From contig JBHIBG010000080.1 of assembly GCA_046758965.1 (NCBI GenBank), positions 1 through 12,679 of the forward strand: DNA of 12,679 nt. Direction: 5' to 3'. The stretch comes from Candidatus Methylomirabilia bacterium (GTDB lineage: Bacteria > Methylomirabilota > Methylomirabilia > Rokubacteriales > CSP1-6). Shown here in pieces: positions 7,763 through 12,679 of this stretch; position 1 is the stretch's first letter; each line of letters starts with the position of its first letter. Position numbers and translations under genes: made by a program. The notes below the pieces were generated by a model, which worked only from the letters and a program-made list of their open reading frames with translations, was not told the DNA's origin and made no database searches.

Positions 7763-8644
7763 CTATTCAATGTTCTGGATCTGTTCTCGGAGCTTCTCCA
7801 GGAGGCCTTTGCAGGTGACGGCTGACTGGGAGAGCTCGAGACCCTCCGCCTTGGAGGCGACCGTGTTGACCTCCCGGTTCATCTCCTGGATCAGGAAATC
7901 CATGGTCCGGCCGACAGCCCCGCCTTCCTTCAGCAACCCCGCGAACTGATCGAGGTGGGCGCGGAGGCGGGTCAGCTCCTCGGCGATCTCCGTCTTTTGG
8001 GCCCAGAGGGCCACTTCCATTGCCAGGCGACCTTGATCCAGCGTGACGGCCCCGAGGAGTTCCTGCACCCGTTCGCCGAACTGTTCCTTGCGTCGCGCTA
8101 CGGCGACAGGAACCTGGGCGGCCATCCGCTCCCCCTCGGAGACCAGCCCATCGTAGAGGCCCACCAGCGCCTCTCTGAGCGCCTCGCCTTCGGCCTCCCG
8201 CCGGGCCGACACCTCTCCCAGTGCCGCGGTGAGCGCCTCGGCCAGCAGCGGCCAGCACTCCTCCACCGGCAGCGGCCCGGGCTCTCCCGAGCTGAGAACG
8301 CCGGGGCGTTCCAGGAGCCACTCCAGGCTCGCACTGTCGGAACGTCCAAGCTCGACAGCGAGCTGCCGGGCGCGCTCTGCGTACTCCCGAGCCAGGGCCC
8401 CATCCACTCTCACCTGCAACGCCCCCGAGGTCAGGGGCCGGAGCGCCGCGCTGACATCGACACGCCCGCGGTGGAGGTGACGATGGATCAGGCGGCGGGC
8501 CTCGAGCTCCAGGCTGGCGAGAGAACGGGGAAGCCTCAAGGAGATGTCGAGGTAGCGATGATTCAGCGATCGCACCTCAACCGCTACGGCGATTCGCTCT
8601 CCTGCCACCTCAGCGCTCCCATACCCCGTCATGCTCCGGATCAT
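7763..8644 (-). CDS. yicC: YicC/YloC-family endoribonuclease
   Basis: 293 aa. N-terminal MIRSMTGYG, EVRSLNHRYLD and RGRVD; C-terminal GRTMDFLIQEMNREVNTVASK and EKLREQIQNIE. GAGG lies just upstream of the ATG. Conserved position upstream of gmk. Confidence 0.94.
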   Translation of the reverse strand: MIRSMTGYGSAEVAGERIAVAVEVRSLNHRYLDISLRLPRSLASLELEARRLIHRHLHRGRVDVSAALRPLTSGALQVRVDGALAREYAERARQLAVELGRSDSASLEWLLERPGVLSSGEPGPLPVEECWPLLAEALTAALGEVSARREAEGEALREALVGLYDGLVSEGERMAAQVPVAVARRKEQFGERVQELLGAVTLDQGRLAMEVALWAQKTEIAEELTRLRAHLDQFAGLLKEGGAVGRTMDFLIQEMNREVNTVASKAEGLELSQSAVTCKGLLEKLREQIQNIE

Positions 8645-8697
8645 CAGGACCTCGGGGCGGGTACGCAGGCGGGAAAGTACATCACCACCATTATCAC

Positions 8698-8726
8698 ATA
8701 CTAGTCAAATTGTGCAGCAATGTCAA
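8698..8726 (-). promoter_or_regulatory. Sigma70-type promoter for the yicC-gmk-rpoZ-coaBC... unit
   Basis: Minus strand reads TTGACA (8726-8721), a 17-bp spacer (8720-8704), then TAGTAT (8703-8698). It lies in an AT-rich island about 50 nt upstream of the yicC start. Confidence 0.8.
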
Positions 8727-8730
8727 CGTT

Positions 8731-8776
8731 TTGGCCAGGTCAACGCCCCCGTTCGCCGCGGAGGGCGCCCGGCCAA
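8731..8776 (-). terminator. Long imperfect stem-loop downstream of pyrF (possible terminator or 3' stabilising hairpin; no U-tract)
   Basis: Minus strand TTGGCCGGG-CGCCCTCCG-CGGCGAA-CGGGGGCG-TTGA-CCTGGCCAA. Outer 9-bp stem with one G-U pair, inner 8-bp stem with a 1-nt bulge. Begins about 30 nt after the pyrF stop. Confidence 0.45.
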
Positions 8777-8805
8777 GAGGGTTGTGCGAGTCGTTTCCCG
8801 GTCTG

Positions 8806-9520
8806 TCACGCCTGCGCGATCGATTCCAGGATCGCCCGGGCAGCCGCCTGGGGATCAGGGGCTCCAGAAATCGGCCGGCCTACGACCAGATAGTCGGCGC
8901 TGGCCCGGATCGCGGCCTCCGGGGTTGCGACCCTGGCCTGATCGAGAGCCTCGCTTCCCGCCGGTCTGACACCGGGCGTGACGATTACCCACCTCTGCCC
9001 CACTCCGTTCCTGACTGTCCGCACCTCGTCGGGGGCCGCGACACTGCCATCGAGCTGCGCCGCGCCAGCGAGCCGGGCCAGATGGAGCACGTGCCCCTCC
9101 ACTGAAAGCGGCACGTTGAGCTCACGCTGGAGCGCCGCGCGGTCGAGGCTGGTGAGGACCGTGACGGCCAAAACGAGCGGCTTGGCGACCTTGAGCTCCC
9201 GGGCCGTCTCGGCGGCTGCGTCAGCCGCGGCGCGGAGCATCGCCGAGCCACCCGAGGCGTGAACTGTCAACATGGCGATCTCCTGGCGGGTCGCCTCCCT
9301 GACGGCGCCAGCCACCGTTGAGGGGATGTCGTGGTACTTGAGATCTAAGAAGACCCGGCCGCCAAATTTTTGAACGAGCTCGATGGCCGCCGGGCCTGCG
9401 GCGGTGAAGAGCCGCGCGCCGACCTTGAAGGCGGAAACCAACCCCTGGAGCGAGGCGAGAAGGGCCTCGGCCCGGTCGAGGCTCTCCACATCCAGCGCGA
9501 CAATGAGCCGATCCTTGGGG

Positions 9521-9534
<14 letters not shown>
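8806..9534 (-). CDS. pyrF: Orotidine-5'-phosphate decarboxylase
   Basis: LIVALD, FKVG, catalytic [36 protein letters not shown] and LVVGRPI. Start reassigned from 9585 to the ATG at 9534 (242 aa), preceded by AGGAGA. Overlaps the end of carB by 14 bp. Confidence 0.96.

Positions 9535-12679
<3,145 letters not shown>

Overview
GC-rich bacterial core-genome window. Eleven housekeeping genes lie on the minus strand, in transcription order: carB (5'-truncated by the window edge), pyrF, then a long hairpin and a near-consensus sigma70 promoter, then yicC/yloC, gmk, rpoZ, coaBC, family-4 uracil-DNA glycosylase, priA, def, a palindromic intergenic element, fmt and rsmB. I see no mobile element, CRISPR array, rRNA or tRNA, and nothing I can call a new multi-gene system. 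The most unusual signals are inside the core genes. (1) PriA keeps its 3'-binding domain and all 8 Zn-binding cysteines but has degenerate Walker A, Walker B and motif VI, and a roughly 100-aa shorter N-terminal region, so it looks like a pseudohelicase; its start overlaps the UDG stop. (2) The CoaC domain of CoaBC has Asp and Ser where E. coli has the catalytically important Asn125 and Cys158. The intergenic regions hold a REP-like element (def-fmt), a 46-nt hairpin and three periodic TTGAC repeats around the yicC promoter. All calls come from reading motifs by eye; no searches were run.
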